Positions 13,521 through 26,358 of a stretch of 64,000 bases of DNA are shown one piece after another. The notes under the pieces are model-generated. The model searched no databases, was not told the origin of the DNA, and was given only the letters and a program-made list of their open reading frames with translations. How positions within the stretch are numbered: position 1 is the first letter of the stretch; every line of letters starts with the position of its first letter. Origin of the DNA: Chrysomallon squamiferum (lineage: Eukaryota > Animalia > Mollusca); assembly GCA_012295275.1 (NCBI GenBank), contig CM022665.1:12400001-12464000 (forward strand), read 5' to 3'. The translations under genes were made by a program, and so were the position numbers.

Positions 13521-15158
13521 ATACCCTTTCTGTACCACAGAACGCTGGTATTTACCAAAGTTCTTGCACTTTTATGTTTCTCTGCTGGATCCATTTTTCT
13601 GTGCCAAAGGATATCGACTTCATAAATTCCTCACCTGTTGTTTGATGTCAGCTTCGTGCTAACTTTAATTGTTTACCTGTACTATCAGTAAATGTTTCTA
13701 CCGTTATCTTCTTATCTCCGTCCTTCGAAGAGCGCGCATCGAAGAAACAGTCTGTTTCAGAGTCGACCTGCCCGTGATGTCGCTCTGCCATTTTCTTGTT
13801 TACACTGCGAAAGTTCAGCGAGTTTTACACGTACGAAGATGTATAGTATTTATTTGAAAATAGTGATAAATCTGGCTATAGTAAGATATATGTATATATA
13901 TATCTGACCCCGCTGAAAGATCCAAGCATATCTTTAACGGTTTGTTAGCTACGTGAATTATGTTATGAAGCATACTGATACCGTTATTTTGGAAATATAT
14001 GTAATATACGCCATCTAACAGTTTTAAATAGTATTAGTTAATAAAGGCAGTCATTGCTCTCTCAGCTGAATTTTGTTATTTTTTTCAACGTCAACGCTGG
14101 AGGCACATGTTAATTTTTTATCATGAGCTATTCGATATCATGTATTCGGAATTAGCGTAAACCCGTTACATTATTTTACTAATAACAGCAAGGAGCCTGT
14201 TTAGTAGATGTATCGTTTCCTGCTGAAAGAAAAGTTTATGTCACAGTCTGTCACTGATGACTACTGTGTGGAATTAGAGGGCTGGAACTAATAATAACTC
14301 TAATACATCTTTCATTTGCCCAATAGAGAATGTTTTATCAATACGTTATATAATAATAATGAAATGATTGAAAGAAAAAGAAATAGAAAATAAAAACTAA
14401 AGAGCACTGGTTTTTCGTAACTTTCTTGGTCTTATTTACAAAACAGGCGGGTCTATATTTATGTCTGTATATGTGTGCGCGTATATCTTTGTACGTGTCT
14501 GTGTATATACATAGAGGCATTCAGACTTACGTACACATATGTTTATATACTTACATATATATACATACAGACAAAATTAATTAAACATATAGATATAATT
14601 ATACATATATGAACAAAAAAATAAGAAAACATACTCTCACACACATACACAAACAGACACACACACACACATACACACAGACATAATATAAATTTGAATA
14701 AATGAAAGGATAAGCCGAACTCATTATTTTAATCAGTTAATTTTGTCTGTCGTATTCCTGTGATTCTCTTCAACTGATCTTCACAGAAAACAAAAGACTT
14801 CCGTTAGAACTTCAAAGCATTTCTCTAAATTACTATTTTACCCTTTCCATGCGTCTGCCAGATACGATTAATTCTGTAAATGTTTGCATACTTTTCTTAT
14901 TAACTTCTCATAGCCAATCGTTCGGATGGGTCTTAATAAATCACTGTTAGCCAGACTTATAAGAAATAACTATGTATCTTTATCAATCTCCATTTATCGT
15001 CTCAACGACAACGAAATGCATTTTACTTTCTCTTCGTTGATTTTCCAGACAGAACGTAAGCGCGTTACGGATGGCCCAATAAAGTGTGTTTATTATTCTG
15101 ATTTGTCTTCTAAAAGACAAGCTGTACCCACCCACATGTACCCACCCACCCACACAGA

Positions 15159-15205
<47 letters not shown>

Positions 15206-18200
15206 ATACATACATATATATACATACATATACACATACATAGATACATATATATCTACAAGCACATTCTCCCAATAAATCCCCCACAAAAAAATATAAA
15301 AATGTTTTAACTTCAGTAGGTAAAACTAAATGAGAGCGACAACTGGTTCTGTATATGAATAATTACACCTTAGAAAAAGAAATTAATTGATTCTTTACAC
15401 TTGATTAAGTAGCTCCTGCAGCCAAAAGAGTTGATTTGAATCCGGAAAATGTAGCAGAAAAAGCTAGTTTTGAAAAAAGAAGAAGAAAGAAAGAAAAAAA
15501 GAAAAGAAGAAAAGAAAAGAAAAGAAAGAAAGATAAAGAAGAAATTAATTCTGCAGTCAAATTACTTCAGTTGATGAATTTGCAATTCATCAAAATGAAA
15601 AAAAAAATATATATATATGTTTTTATCTTCTAAGATTTCATTGCAAAGAGATTACATCAGAAACAATGTGAAGATACTATCTATGATCCCTAAAATATTT
15701 TGATCAGTATACATTAACTATTCTGTCGAAAAGAAAAGTAAAAATACTACATCTGAGAATGTCATAATGAACTCATGAAACATTATTTTTCAGTATAAAA
15801 AATTATTTATAATGAGAATGAAAATTAAAAACAAAATTACAATGAAATAAAAAACAGCAGAATCGCTTCAGATGGTTATTACTGAAGACACAAATCTTAA
15901 CGATGACTTCATCAAAGGGTGATCTCAGTGGTTTAAGAAGAAATGTATTCAGTCCAGCAATAAAACGTTATAATACACGACTTAATTTAATGCAATGTAA
16001 AAACGTAATAAATCATATGAACCAAAACATTAAGGCATTAGCTCTTATGGTTTTTTTTGTAGTTGTTACTGTTGCTGCTGATGCTGTTTTGTTGTTTTTT
16101 GTTGTTGTTGTTTGTTTGGTTTTTGCTGCTGCGGTTGTTGTCATCATTACTGCGTCTTTTTTGTTGTTGTTGTTGTTGTTGTTCGTCATCGACCTTTTCT
16201 TCTTCTTTTTCTTTTTTAACTTCTATTTATTACTGCTATTACTACTACTGGTATTGCTGCTGCTGCTGTTGAGGTAGTTACCATTGCTACACTTGTTGTT
16301 GCTGTTATTGACATACTTCTCTTGTTATTGTTGTTTTTGTTTTGGGCATTGTGCTAGTGTTGTGAATTATCATTTATATATTTATTCACAATATAAAAGA
16401 GTATGGCTTAAGATTAATATTTGTGAATATAAAACAAGTCTGTCACAAAACAACCAAAAAATCAACAACATAATATAGAGTAAATCGTAAAATAGCAAAA
16501 CAAGTACTAAAATAAAATAAATTAACTTAACACAGCAAAGAACTGACAAACAAGGTTAAACCGCGGACCAAAAACAAAAGAAAAATAACGATAAAATGCG
16601 AGAAACACGTGTGAATCTAAAAGATGTTTTTACACAGGTAAGAGTGTTTGCCACGCAGAGATTTTTTTTTTTTTTTTTGTCTAGAAGCCAGGTAAAACAC
16701 TGGGGAAATAATAAAAGGTGTGAGGTAACGCTTGTGTAAATGTATCAGATATCGGCATGAAAAGAACGTTATGTCACCTTTCAGCACAAAATGTAAAATG
16801 ATTGAAAACATCTTTTGTTCGGGTCTAAGGTTAGGTCGTTGTTTAGCTTTTGTCTGTTGAAAAGAAAATATCGTGTAAATATCGTATTTAGAATCATGGT
16901 ATTAATGACAATAACATTTAGTAGTAGTAGTAGTAGTAGTATTGTTGTTGTTGTTGTTGCCGATGATGATGGTGATGTCGTTGCTATTGCTGTTCTTTTT
17001 GTTTTCTTCTTCCTTTTCTTTAAGGAAGGAGTATGAACAGATTTTCTCTGGAGGTTTTCTGTGAGGTTTTTTTTCTTCTTTTTTTTAAATTTTTAAATTT
17101 TTTTTGTTGTTGTTTTGTTTTGTTTTGCTGTTTTTGTTTTTTCATTTGATCATTTTCCTTTTTCTTTTTCTTTCTTTCTATCTGAAACATTTCTGACTTT
17201 GTTCTCATTAATTATACAACTGATACTTTCTTTCAGTGCCTGCCATTGCACTTAGCAGTCACAGGTGCGGTGAACTGATTTAAAGTGTGCATCAGTTACG
17301 TAATAAGAAGAAATATATCCGTAAAAAAGACAAAATTATTTTCAAAAAAAACATTGTTATCAGGGGCGTGTTTTGATTCTGAGTAATGACGAGGGTTCCG
17401 TCAACAAATATATGTCCTATACTTCAAGATTAAATGAATTTTTAGAATAAGTAAATAATACAAATGAATAAATATATAAATATTTATCGTTAAAAATTAA
17501 GGGACAAGGATTCGTGTTTCAGAGATAGGCGAATAAAAAAAGAATAATAAAAAAACAAACAAGAAGAAGATGAAAAAGAAATCATTTTAAGCTTTACAAC
17601 AAGCCAATAACCTTCTTTAATTGAATTCAATGCACCAAAATCAGTGCAATAGTTTCTTTTTCACCGTAAATCCCTTAATATGAATAGCAATCATTTAAAT
17701 TTGAAAAATTGCAAAATAAAGAAAAAAGATAGGAAGATAAAATGCTTTACACTCTGTGACATGAGACGCAATAATCTTCATGCAGTAATTCGTCGACAGC
17801 CTTCGTGTGTGGTGGTAAATATTTAATAAAAACAAACACTCGAAAAAGCAGAAGTAGAAGAAGAAGAATCGTTCTGCAAGACAATAATCTCCGGTTTTCT
17901 GCAATTTACGGCACCAGAAAGAAGTGAAGAATATTACTGCCCTAGCAAGATTTGATAACTTACTTACGTGACCAGCATTTCTTAATTTCAGCGCAGATTG
18001 TTCTATTTTAACGCTTCCATGTTTTGAAGCTGATGATTTATTACCTCAGTTATTGGCTTCCGTGAAAACATTTATTAAAAAACGGAAATAAATAAAGGCA
18101 TGTAGAAAAAATAAAAAAGACAAAAAAGAAATAGAGATAAAGTGAATGTAAAAAGTTTGGTGCTCACATTTTGTGTACGGAGAAGACAAGGCATGAAAGT

Positions 18201-18464
18201 GATGCTCAAAAACAACTTGTTACAAACGTCAAAATTTTGACTGTTGAATCTAAAATATTCTTTTGTCCGAATAAATGAGTCGGCGAGTGAGTGTGTTTGG
18301 GTGTCTCGGTGGGCTTATTAAAATGATTGTTGTTTTATTGTTTTAATCATTATTATTATCAGAATTGCATCATTTTATTAATTTTATTTAGTGGGTCGGC
18401 AGTGAATGGAAATACCTGCAATGAAATATGCAGGGTAAACGGACAAACACATGAAATAATTGCT

Positions 18465-18900
18465 GCTCTTACTACTGCTACTACTACTACTACTTCTGTT
18501 ACTACTGCGACTGCTACTACTACTACTACTGCTACTACTATTACTAACACCGTTGCTACTGCTGCCCTACTGCTATTACTACAATTTCCTCGACTACTAC
18601 TAATAATAATAATAATAATAGCAGCAATAATAATGACAACTATAGCAAAAGCATGAATAATAATAACAACAGCAAATTTATAAAAAAAACAAAAAAACAC
18701 AGCAATAACAACAACACCAGCAACAGCAGCAGCAATAACATTAATAATAATACTAACAACAGCAACAACGACGATAACAATAACAACAACAGCAATAACA
18801 AGAATATTAATAATGAATATAGAAAGAAAAACTGTAACAACAATAACAACAATAAAGCTGGAAAAAAAAACCACCAACAACAGCAACAATAGCAACATCA
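18465..18900. repeat. Compound trinucleotide low-complexity tract (CTA/ATA/ACA/GCA)
   Basis: Directly visible. Similar tracts lie at 8970-9055, 16050-16345, 41190-41400, 45755-46060 and 50305-50650. Confidence 0.9.
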
Positions 18901-19704
18901 GTAGTATCTGGCTACTGACTGCGACTATCTAATGTAAGGTTAATGCATTTCCACAATGAATTAACCTCTGAGAATAATTACTGGGTTAGTGACGCAAAAC
19001 GTGAAAGCTGTTTCAACAACAGAGCAATTATTTACAGCATGATCAAGATAGAAGAATAATATAATTGACTTTGCTTCATATTTTTTTTAAAACAGCCTGG
19101 GATCCCTGGTTTATGAGTTAATATATTTTCTCAAAACTGTCCATTAAAAAGGCTCGAAGGATTTATTATCAATCATATCTCTAGAGGGATCGTCGCGTAT
19201 AAGAAAACAAAACAAAATAATAATAATAAAAGCATCGCTGTTATCACGTACATCATTTTACCTGTTTAAAAAAGATATATATATATATATATATAATGGG
19301 ATGAAAGATAAATTGACGAATTTATCAGATCTGTTAATTATATGATACAAATTTAGCACGACCGAATTTCCGAAATCTGTTTAAGCTTTGTGCAGGTACT
19401 TACCGTATCACCCGGAGAAACAATAACAGCCACTGTTACATTGTCATAAAGAGGATAAACAACAACAAAAATAGCAGCAACAACAACAACTAAATCTTTG
19501 TCAGCTTGTGTTTAGAAAAAAAACAAAAAAATATGATATTTTCCATAAATAGGATTTTAATTACGTTTAATATTGCAATAACATTCAGAAAGATATCTTT
19601 GGCGACGACATTATGAAAAACGAAATAATCAAATGACTGTTTGGTATATGCATATAATATTTTGTATACTGCACTTATGCGTACGTGATTACTCGCATGG
19701 TTTA

Positions 19705-19895
19705 TACGACGTGGTTATCGGTGATGACGTCTGATGTGGTTACGGTGATGACGTCGTGCCCGATAGTTAGGCCACTGAAGATTAGATGAGAGTGGCTGTC
19801 CTCTCGCGAGCGCTTCGCCAGTTATGGCGGATGACACTTATAAATACTTGTTAAGTACCACATAACAAAAGACAGCAAACGCAATCAGTGTTAAG
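19705..19895 (+). promoter_or_regulatory. Promoter/enhancer-like CpG-rich motif cluster
   Basis: Two GATGACGTC (CRE/ATF-like) sites 24 bp apart, TCTCGCGAG, ATGGCGG, TATAAATA (19839-19846) and TCAGT (19885-19889). Confidence 0.4.
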
Positions 19896-20156
19896 AGTTT
19901 TGTATCAGAAACAGCCAGTTCTGGATCAATCCTCCTCTTACTTTACTCGTAACAAGCCATTCCTGTGAGATTTATTTCTCTCGTCTAACAGAGCCCTTCG
20001 AGTTATGAACCTGAAAATTGTGTCAAGTTATATTTCCAGCAGGAAAATGCAAATGAAGAATTCGGTTTAGTTTATCAAAAACTAAATAACTGACTAAATA
20101 AATAAATAGACAGACATACAGATGACAGATAGATAGCTAAATAGACAAATAGACAT

Positions 20157-20189
<33 letters not shown>

Positions 20190-20464
20190 CATACAGACAT
20201 ACAGACTGGCAGATAGACAGAGCGATGGAGATAGATATATACATAGATAGATAGATAGACAGATATATATATGTGTGTATGTATGTATGTATGTATGTCA
20301 GTCAGTGTCTGTATCTCTGTATATCTGTCTATGTCTGTCTGTCTGTTTGTCTGTCTATCTATCTATCTATATATATATATCTGCCTGTCTGTCTATCTAT
20401 CTATGTATATATCTATCTCTATCGCTATGTATGTCTGTCTGTCTCTCTATCTATACATATATAG

Positions 20465-20508
<44 letters not shown>

Positions 20509-20769
20509 ATAAATGATAATATTACAGAGAATCGTTATAATAGAATGGAACTCATCATAGCTTCAGAACGAATTAACTGGAGAAATAACTTTCTTGCATT
20601 TGTCCAGTAAATATTAAAATAGTCTTCTTTTTATTTACGTACATTAAATAAGCATGGCCTTACATGTGCTGATATACTCAAAATAGCAATTCATACCCAT
20701 TTATTATCAAACAGTTAGTTACAGATAACTGTGTCTTTGTGTTACTGTTTAAAAATATTTTTTTTTTAT

Positions 20770-21003
20770 GTAAAATGTCCACAGTTAACCCCACACTCAA
20801 GATACTGGATTGCACCTGTTATGCAGGTTCTGATATATAATTATTTTTATATGTTATTATTATTATTATTATTATTTGAAAATATATCTCTGTTAAATAT
20901 AATCAGTTAGCCCACGTATTCAAGATACTATCTGACACCTATTGATTATTACACAGTGTCTGATAAATAATTATTTTTATGTATTATTATTATTATTATT
21001 ATT

Positions 21004-21035
<32 letters not shown>

Positions 21036-21160
21036 TTGAAAATATACCCCTTTTAAATGTCCTTTAATATACCGGCTTTTAATGTATTTATTATTACAGT
21101 CTGATAGATAATTATTCCTATACATTATTATTTGAAAATATACCCCTCTTAAATGATTTA
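20770..21160. repeat. Three-copy diverged tandem duplication (about 120-150 bp unit)
   Basis: tctgataNataattatt...(tta)n...atttgaaaatata recurs three times; cagtta...tcaagatact recurs twice. Confidence 0.75.
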
Positions 21161-22152
21161 ATGAGATGTATGATTATTAATCGATGTGATTTTTAACTAA
21201 TGGTATATCATAATTAGGGGTTTATTTAAAAATATAAAAAAGATTACTGATAGCTTTTTGATGCGAGGTGATCCAACAAAGCTAAAAGAAAAGACAAAAC
21301 GTTCACGTGAAAAATGTGTAATTATGTGAACTGGAACAACTGAACGTTAGTCTGTATCGTTATCTTTAGTACGACGTCACAGTTGCAGAAGCATGCCAAA
21401 ATCCATTACATGGTAAATAATGCCAAGTTTAAAAAAAAAAAAAAAAAATAGTAATAATAATAATAAAATAAAATAATGGATATGTACGCGGTAACACCTT
21501 AATCATTTATATGTTATATGTGATCTACCTGTTTAAGCTTTCAGCGACTGTTGATTTCGCGGTGTTCTGCTGAAACATTTTACTTTCATTTTATTTATCT
21601 TTTTTCTTTATCTTTTTTTTTTTTTTTTTTATTTTCCATTTTACGTTTAGACTTACTGCTTGGAAGTTTCAATATGTTTGTGTTTTATAGTGATTAATCT
21701 TTTATGTTTTTTTTTATTTCCTTGTTTTTATTTATTTTTGATGGGATTTTCGTGGGGTTTTTTTGTGGGTTTTTTTGAGGCGGTATGGGTATTTTTCATT
21801 CGGATTAGTTGGGAATAAAATGTTTGATTATTCGTGTGCGTAATGTGGCACAGGTGTAAATCAGAACAATTTGCTTTGCTTCTGTGTTCGAATGCAGAGT
21901 GATGATTTTAATGGCTTTGAGAAATATTACTACAGAGAAACTACTGAAATGTTAAATAAATATGAGACTAAACATTAATGTATCAGATTTTAACAAAGAA
22001 CTTTTTACACAAGCCATAAATCAACTGTCGATAACTTTTCTAAGCCACTCGGCAATATTTTCATCATTTTTATTTTTATTTTCTAAAAGCAAAATGAAAG
22101 CTATTAAAACTAAATCAGTAACAACAATAATAACAACAACAACAACAACAGC

Positions 22153-22191
<39 letters not shown>

Positions 22192-23839
22192 TGTAATGAT
22201 AAAAACAAGAAGAGGAACAACAACAACAAGAATAAAATGACACGGGGGTACAAATCTTTACTTCTGTTTTTGTTTAATTGTTTACTTCCTTCTTGCTCTT
22301 CGTATTTGATCTCTTTATTTCAGACCATGCATTTTTTTAGTACGTCGAATAAAATCTCAGCATTCAAACGAACACTAATTGTAAGACTTCATGAGTAAAA
22401 TACCGAACAACTGTAACTGAACGTGAGAAATTTGTGTTTACACTAAATTTACCGCTTCTGCTATTAAATTCATTTCATGAACAGTCACTCAACGATCTTT
22501 TTCTGTGACTGAAGTAATCAAGAACAAGCTGAGGTTCTTTTTTTTTCTTTTTCTTTTTTTTTTTCATAGCTGTACAGTGTCGTGGGAGTAATCGAGTATT
22601 TTCATCAGTCTAATTATCTGTGTTATTATTAAACTGCTGACAACTTTTCTAAATTAAATCTTTATACGTCAGTCGACATGTTGTCTATCGGTGATGATTA
22701 CGGGAGCCCTTTCACACGATGAAAAACATTGTTGTCGTAGAGAGAAGTCTTTAGCAGTCTTAAACAAAAAATAACTAAAATATAAACCATTTACTTACTT
22801 CATTAAAATGTTTCTTCCACAAAGAAATGTTATTACTAAAATGTTTGTTCAGTTATTAAGTAAAATTAAAAAATATATAAAAAAAATTTTTTAAATAAAT
22901 AAAGAAAGAAAGAAAAAAATTCTGAACATATTTGTTGAAATGCAAAATAAAAAAAAAAATAAAAAAAAACAGCAGTGAAAAAAGATAAGTAAAGATATAC
23001 CCCATTTCTAAAATGATAATATAATTTGTTGAATGTTCACTTAAAATAACTAACTGTGGAAAACGTTAAAACGAATTAAACCCTGGTAGTAGAATCCTTA
23101 CTTAAAATGTATCACCCTTGTTTTCCGTTCTTCATAAAGCTGTGTATGTTTCTCTTTTGCATATAAGTGCTTGTCTGTGTATGTATGTTCGTATGTATGT
23201 GTATTTAAGTATGTACATATGGTTTGGTTTTATGCGTGTGTGTATGTGTGTGTGTGTATATACGTATGTCTGTATATGTGTCTGTCTCTGTATTCATCAG
23301 TTCATTCCATTTTTTACCTTGTTAGTATTTTTATTTTATAATATATCATCTAAGTGTTAGCTACCTTTTCAGTGTTCTTTCTTTGTTCATAAAAAATAAA
23401 TTAATTAAATATAATAACTGAAAAATCGTTTTTAATCTATCAGTACTGACAGTATATAGTAGAGGCTTATTACGATTAAAAGTTCAGATACCTTTGGAAG
23501 ATAGTTTTAATTTTTCTACTTTCTTGTTTCTCTTATTTTGGACATAGTCCAAGAAAGGAAGCCAATCATTGTAAGGATCCATTAGCAATTAGGAATTCAG
23601 ATAATTTTCCTCTTTTCATCTTTCATTTGTCTTCTTTCAATTAAAATTTGACCTATTTCTATATAGAACAGGAAAACGTTTGAAAACTGCCATCATTTCA
23701 CAACAGTTTTTGTCGTAAGTACGTCATGGATGTCAGTCCAAAAATGTATTTATCTGGCAAGATTTAGCGTTGTAACATACGTACGTACGTGCATACGTGG
23801 ATGCATACATTAGATACATTACACAGACACACAAAACTG

Positions 23840-24277
23840 TATACATACATCCATACATCCATACACACACATACACACATACATACATACATACATACAC
23901 ACACTCACATACATACATACATACATACACACATACATACATACACACATACATACATACATACACACATACATACATACATACACACATACATACATAC
24001 ATACATACACACATACATACATACACACATACATACATACATACATACACACACACATACATACATACATACATACATACATACATACACACATACATAC
24101 ATACACACATACATACATACATACACACATACATACACACATACATACACACATACATACATACATACATACATACATACATACATACATACATACATAC
24201 ATACATACATACATACACACATACATACATACATACATACATACATACATACATACATACATACACACACACATACA

Positions 24278-24311
<34 letters not shown>

Positions 24312-24312
24312 C
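23840..24312. repeat. (TACA)n/(CA)n compound microsatellite
   Basis: Directly visible; it explains the HTYI/MYVC ORFs. Confidence 0.97.
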
Positions 24313-24314
24313 AT

Positions 24315-24500
24315 AAGGTCATCTTGATGGCAGAACGCTGACGGCGTCCGCCTTCGGAGTGCGGTCGAATAGGTGAAATACATTCGAGTCTCGTCAGCGG
24401 CATCTGACAAGGTTTGTGAGGACTTTGTCCTTTTGCGCCAGTGCGTTACCGAATACTGTCTATGTGCAGAATCTAATGAGACGAACATATGACAGAGAAT
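24315..24500 (-). mobile_element. Possible retroposon 3' end abutting a (TATG)n tail
   Basis: A GC/CpG-rich 180-bp island whose minus strand runs directly into about 500 bp of (TATG)n. No strong protein motif. Confidence 0.3.
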
Positions 24501-25476
24501 ATCCCAGATCCTAAACTACATACATACACAAATGTATGTTTAACAGTGTGAATAAACACTACAATCTATTTTTATAGAAACTCAAGGTCGTACTGAGATT
24601 AATACATATTACTTTAACTGCGATTTTCAATCTGTTGCTAGCTAGAAAAGTATGTTTGGCTGGCAATAGCTCAAATAATTGTTAAAAAAACAAATTAGCT
24701 CTAAACGTGGTGTGATTATTTCAAATCCGGTCCTACTTTATCGTAAATGAAACCGGTCTTTCACCGGTCCACAAATAATCATTATAATTGAATCATTATA
24801 GAAGAGCAGTGTTTGAAATGTTAGGTAGGTGTTATAAACAGTTGAAATTAAAACTGATTATAAAAATTGTAACTTCAGCAAAATTGAATTCGAGAGATAT
24901 TTTGAAGTAATAAAAGACTTTCTAAGCGAGGTTTCACGATAATTATCCCGTAGTATTTTGTTTCAATTAATCTTGTGGTTGTACTATAACGACCTACATA
25001 ATACCATTATATTTAGACAGTGGTTTAGTCTATTAATAATAATTTAACACTTAGTGTTCGAAAAAACAAAATTCTGGAATATTTCCATTCCTGATGTTTT
25101 ACTGTTATCCTGAACTTGGTGTCTGAGGCTGATTGTAGTTTTGACACTGTCACATTGGATGATACTGTCACAAAATTATTTTAAATTTTTTGTTATTATC
25201 ATTATATATTTCTTTTGGGTAAATGAATTTCAGTATCTCTGTGTAAAGCTATATGTTACCTAAATATATCTTTTTTATAAATTTCTATTATTTTAATTTT
25301 TATTCCTTTTCTTAAATTTTTAATGCGGGACTATATTCATTTTTGAGGGGGTAAAACTGTTTTCAGGTTTAATATTATATTATTATATTTAGCACAAATT
25401 TACTTCATCATGTTTGCATTTAATATCATATAAAATCTTTTGAATATTCATTTTCTTTTATTTTTTTCCTTTTCAG

Positions 25477-26016
25477 CTTTACCTCCGGAACTCTATTCGA
25501 TTTGGGAAGCGTACCCATGGCGTTTCGGAGAGCCGTTTTGCATTTTCAAATCATTCCTCATCGAAATGACTTCTAATGCTTCTGTTCTGACTATAACCGG
25601 GTTCACGGTGGAACGATACATTGCCATTTGTCATCCAATCAGAGTTCAGAGAATATGTGGTTTGTCACGTGCTGTTAAATGTATAATATTCATCTGGATT
25701 ATTTCGTGTATCTGTGCTGTCCCTTACCCGATTCATACGAGAATATTTTATTTTGTAACGGACACTAAGACGAAAAAACCCGTTCCTGCGTCACTGCTGT
25801 GCAACATCCCGAGACAATGGCAGACGAAAATGTCCTACATATTCCAGTGTTCAACGTTCGTGTTCTTTATCCTGCCAATGGCCGTGATAACTGTAATGTA
25901 CGTTCTGATTGGTGTAAAGCTCCGGAAGACGGAACGCGTGTCGGCCATGTTCAGCCAATCAAGTTCGGGAAAAACGGCGGCTGCCCGGGCTAGAAAAGCT
26001 GTGCTCAAAATGTTAG
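25477..26016 (+). CDS. Internal coding exon (end of TM2 to ICL3) of a class A GPCR, PRXamide/pyrokinin-CAPA/neuromedin U receptor-like
   Basis: Acceptor tttttttccttttcag| precedes 25477 and donor TTAG|gtaggt follows 26016. The exon is 540 bp, phase 1-1. It translates to LPPELYSIWEAYPWRFGEPFC...ASVLTITGFTVERYIAICHP (ERY motif)...FFILPMAVITVMYVLIG (TM5)...ARKAVLKML, all typical of NMU/PK/CAPA/ghrelin-type receptors. Confidence 0.95.
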
Positions 26017-26358
26017 GTAGGTGTCCTTATTAGCTGAAATTAAAACTGGTTATAAAATTTTTACTTCAATAAAAGTGAATTCAAGAGATCTTCTGAAATA
26101 AATGAACAGCGTCTATGCGATATTTTACGAGACTTTTCCCATGTTTTTTCTCATTTTTATTATTATTTAATTTTAATCAGTTAATCCACTTCTTAATATT
26201 AAAATGACCCCCAGTATAAAATTTTCGGATATAATATCCTGACAATACTGCATTCAGTAAGTCCATTGATTATATAAATTATATATATATAAAATCCCAT
26301 GTACACGAATATTTATTATTTACCTTTTCACAATACTATTTAATTCAAACAAAATATG

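Noticed and set aside
23733-24488. HTYI/MYVC-repeat ORFs of 130-250 aa
   Set aside because: Artefacts of the (TACA)n/(CA)n microsatellite.
25440-25476. ORF-track starts (25440, 54523, 56623) as real initiation codons
   Set aside because: The first two lie in intronic sequence upstream of the acceptors and the third is an internal GTG; the true boundaries are splice acceptors.
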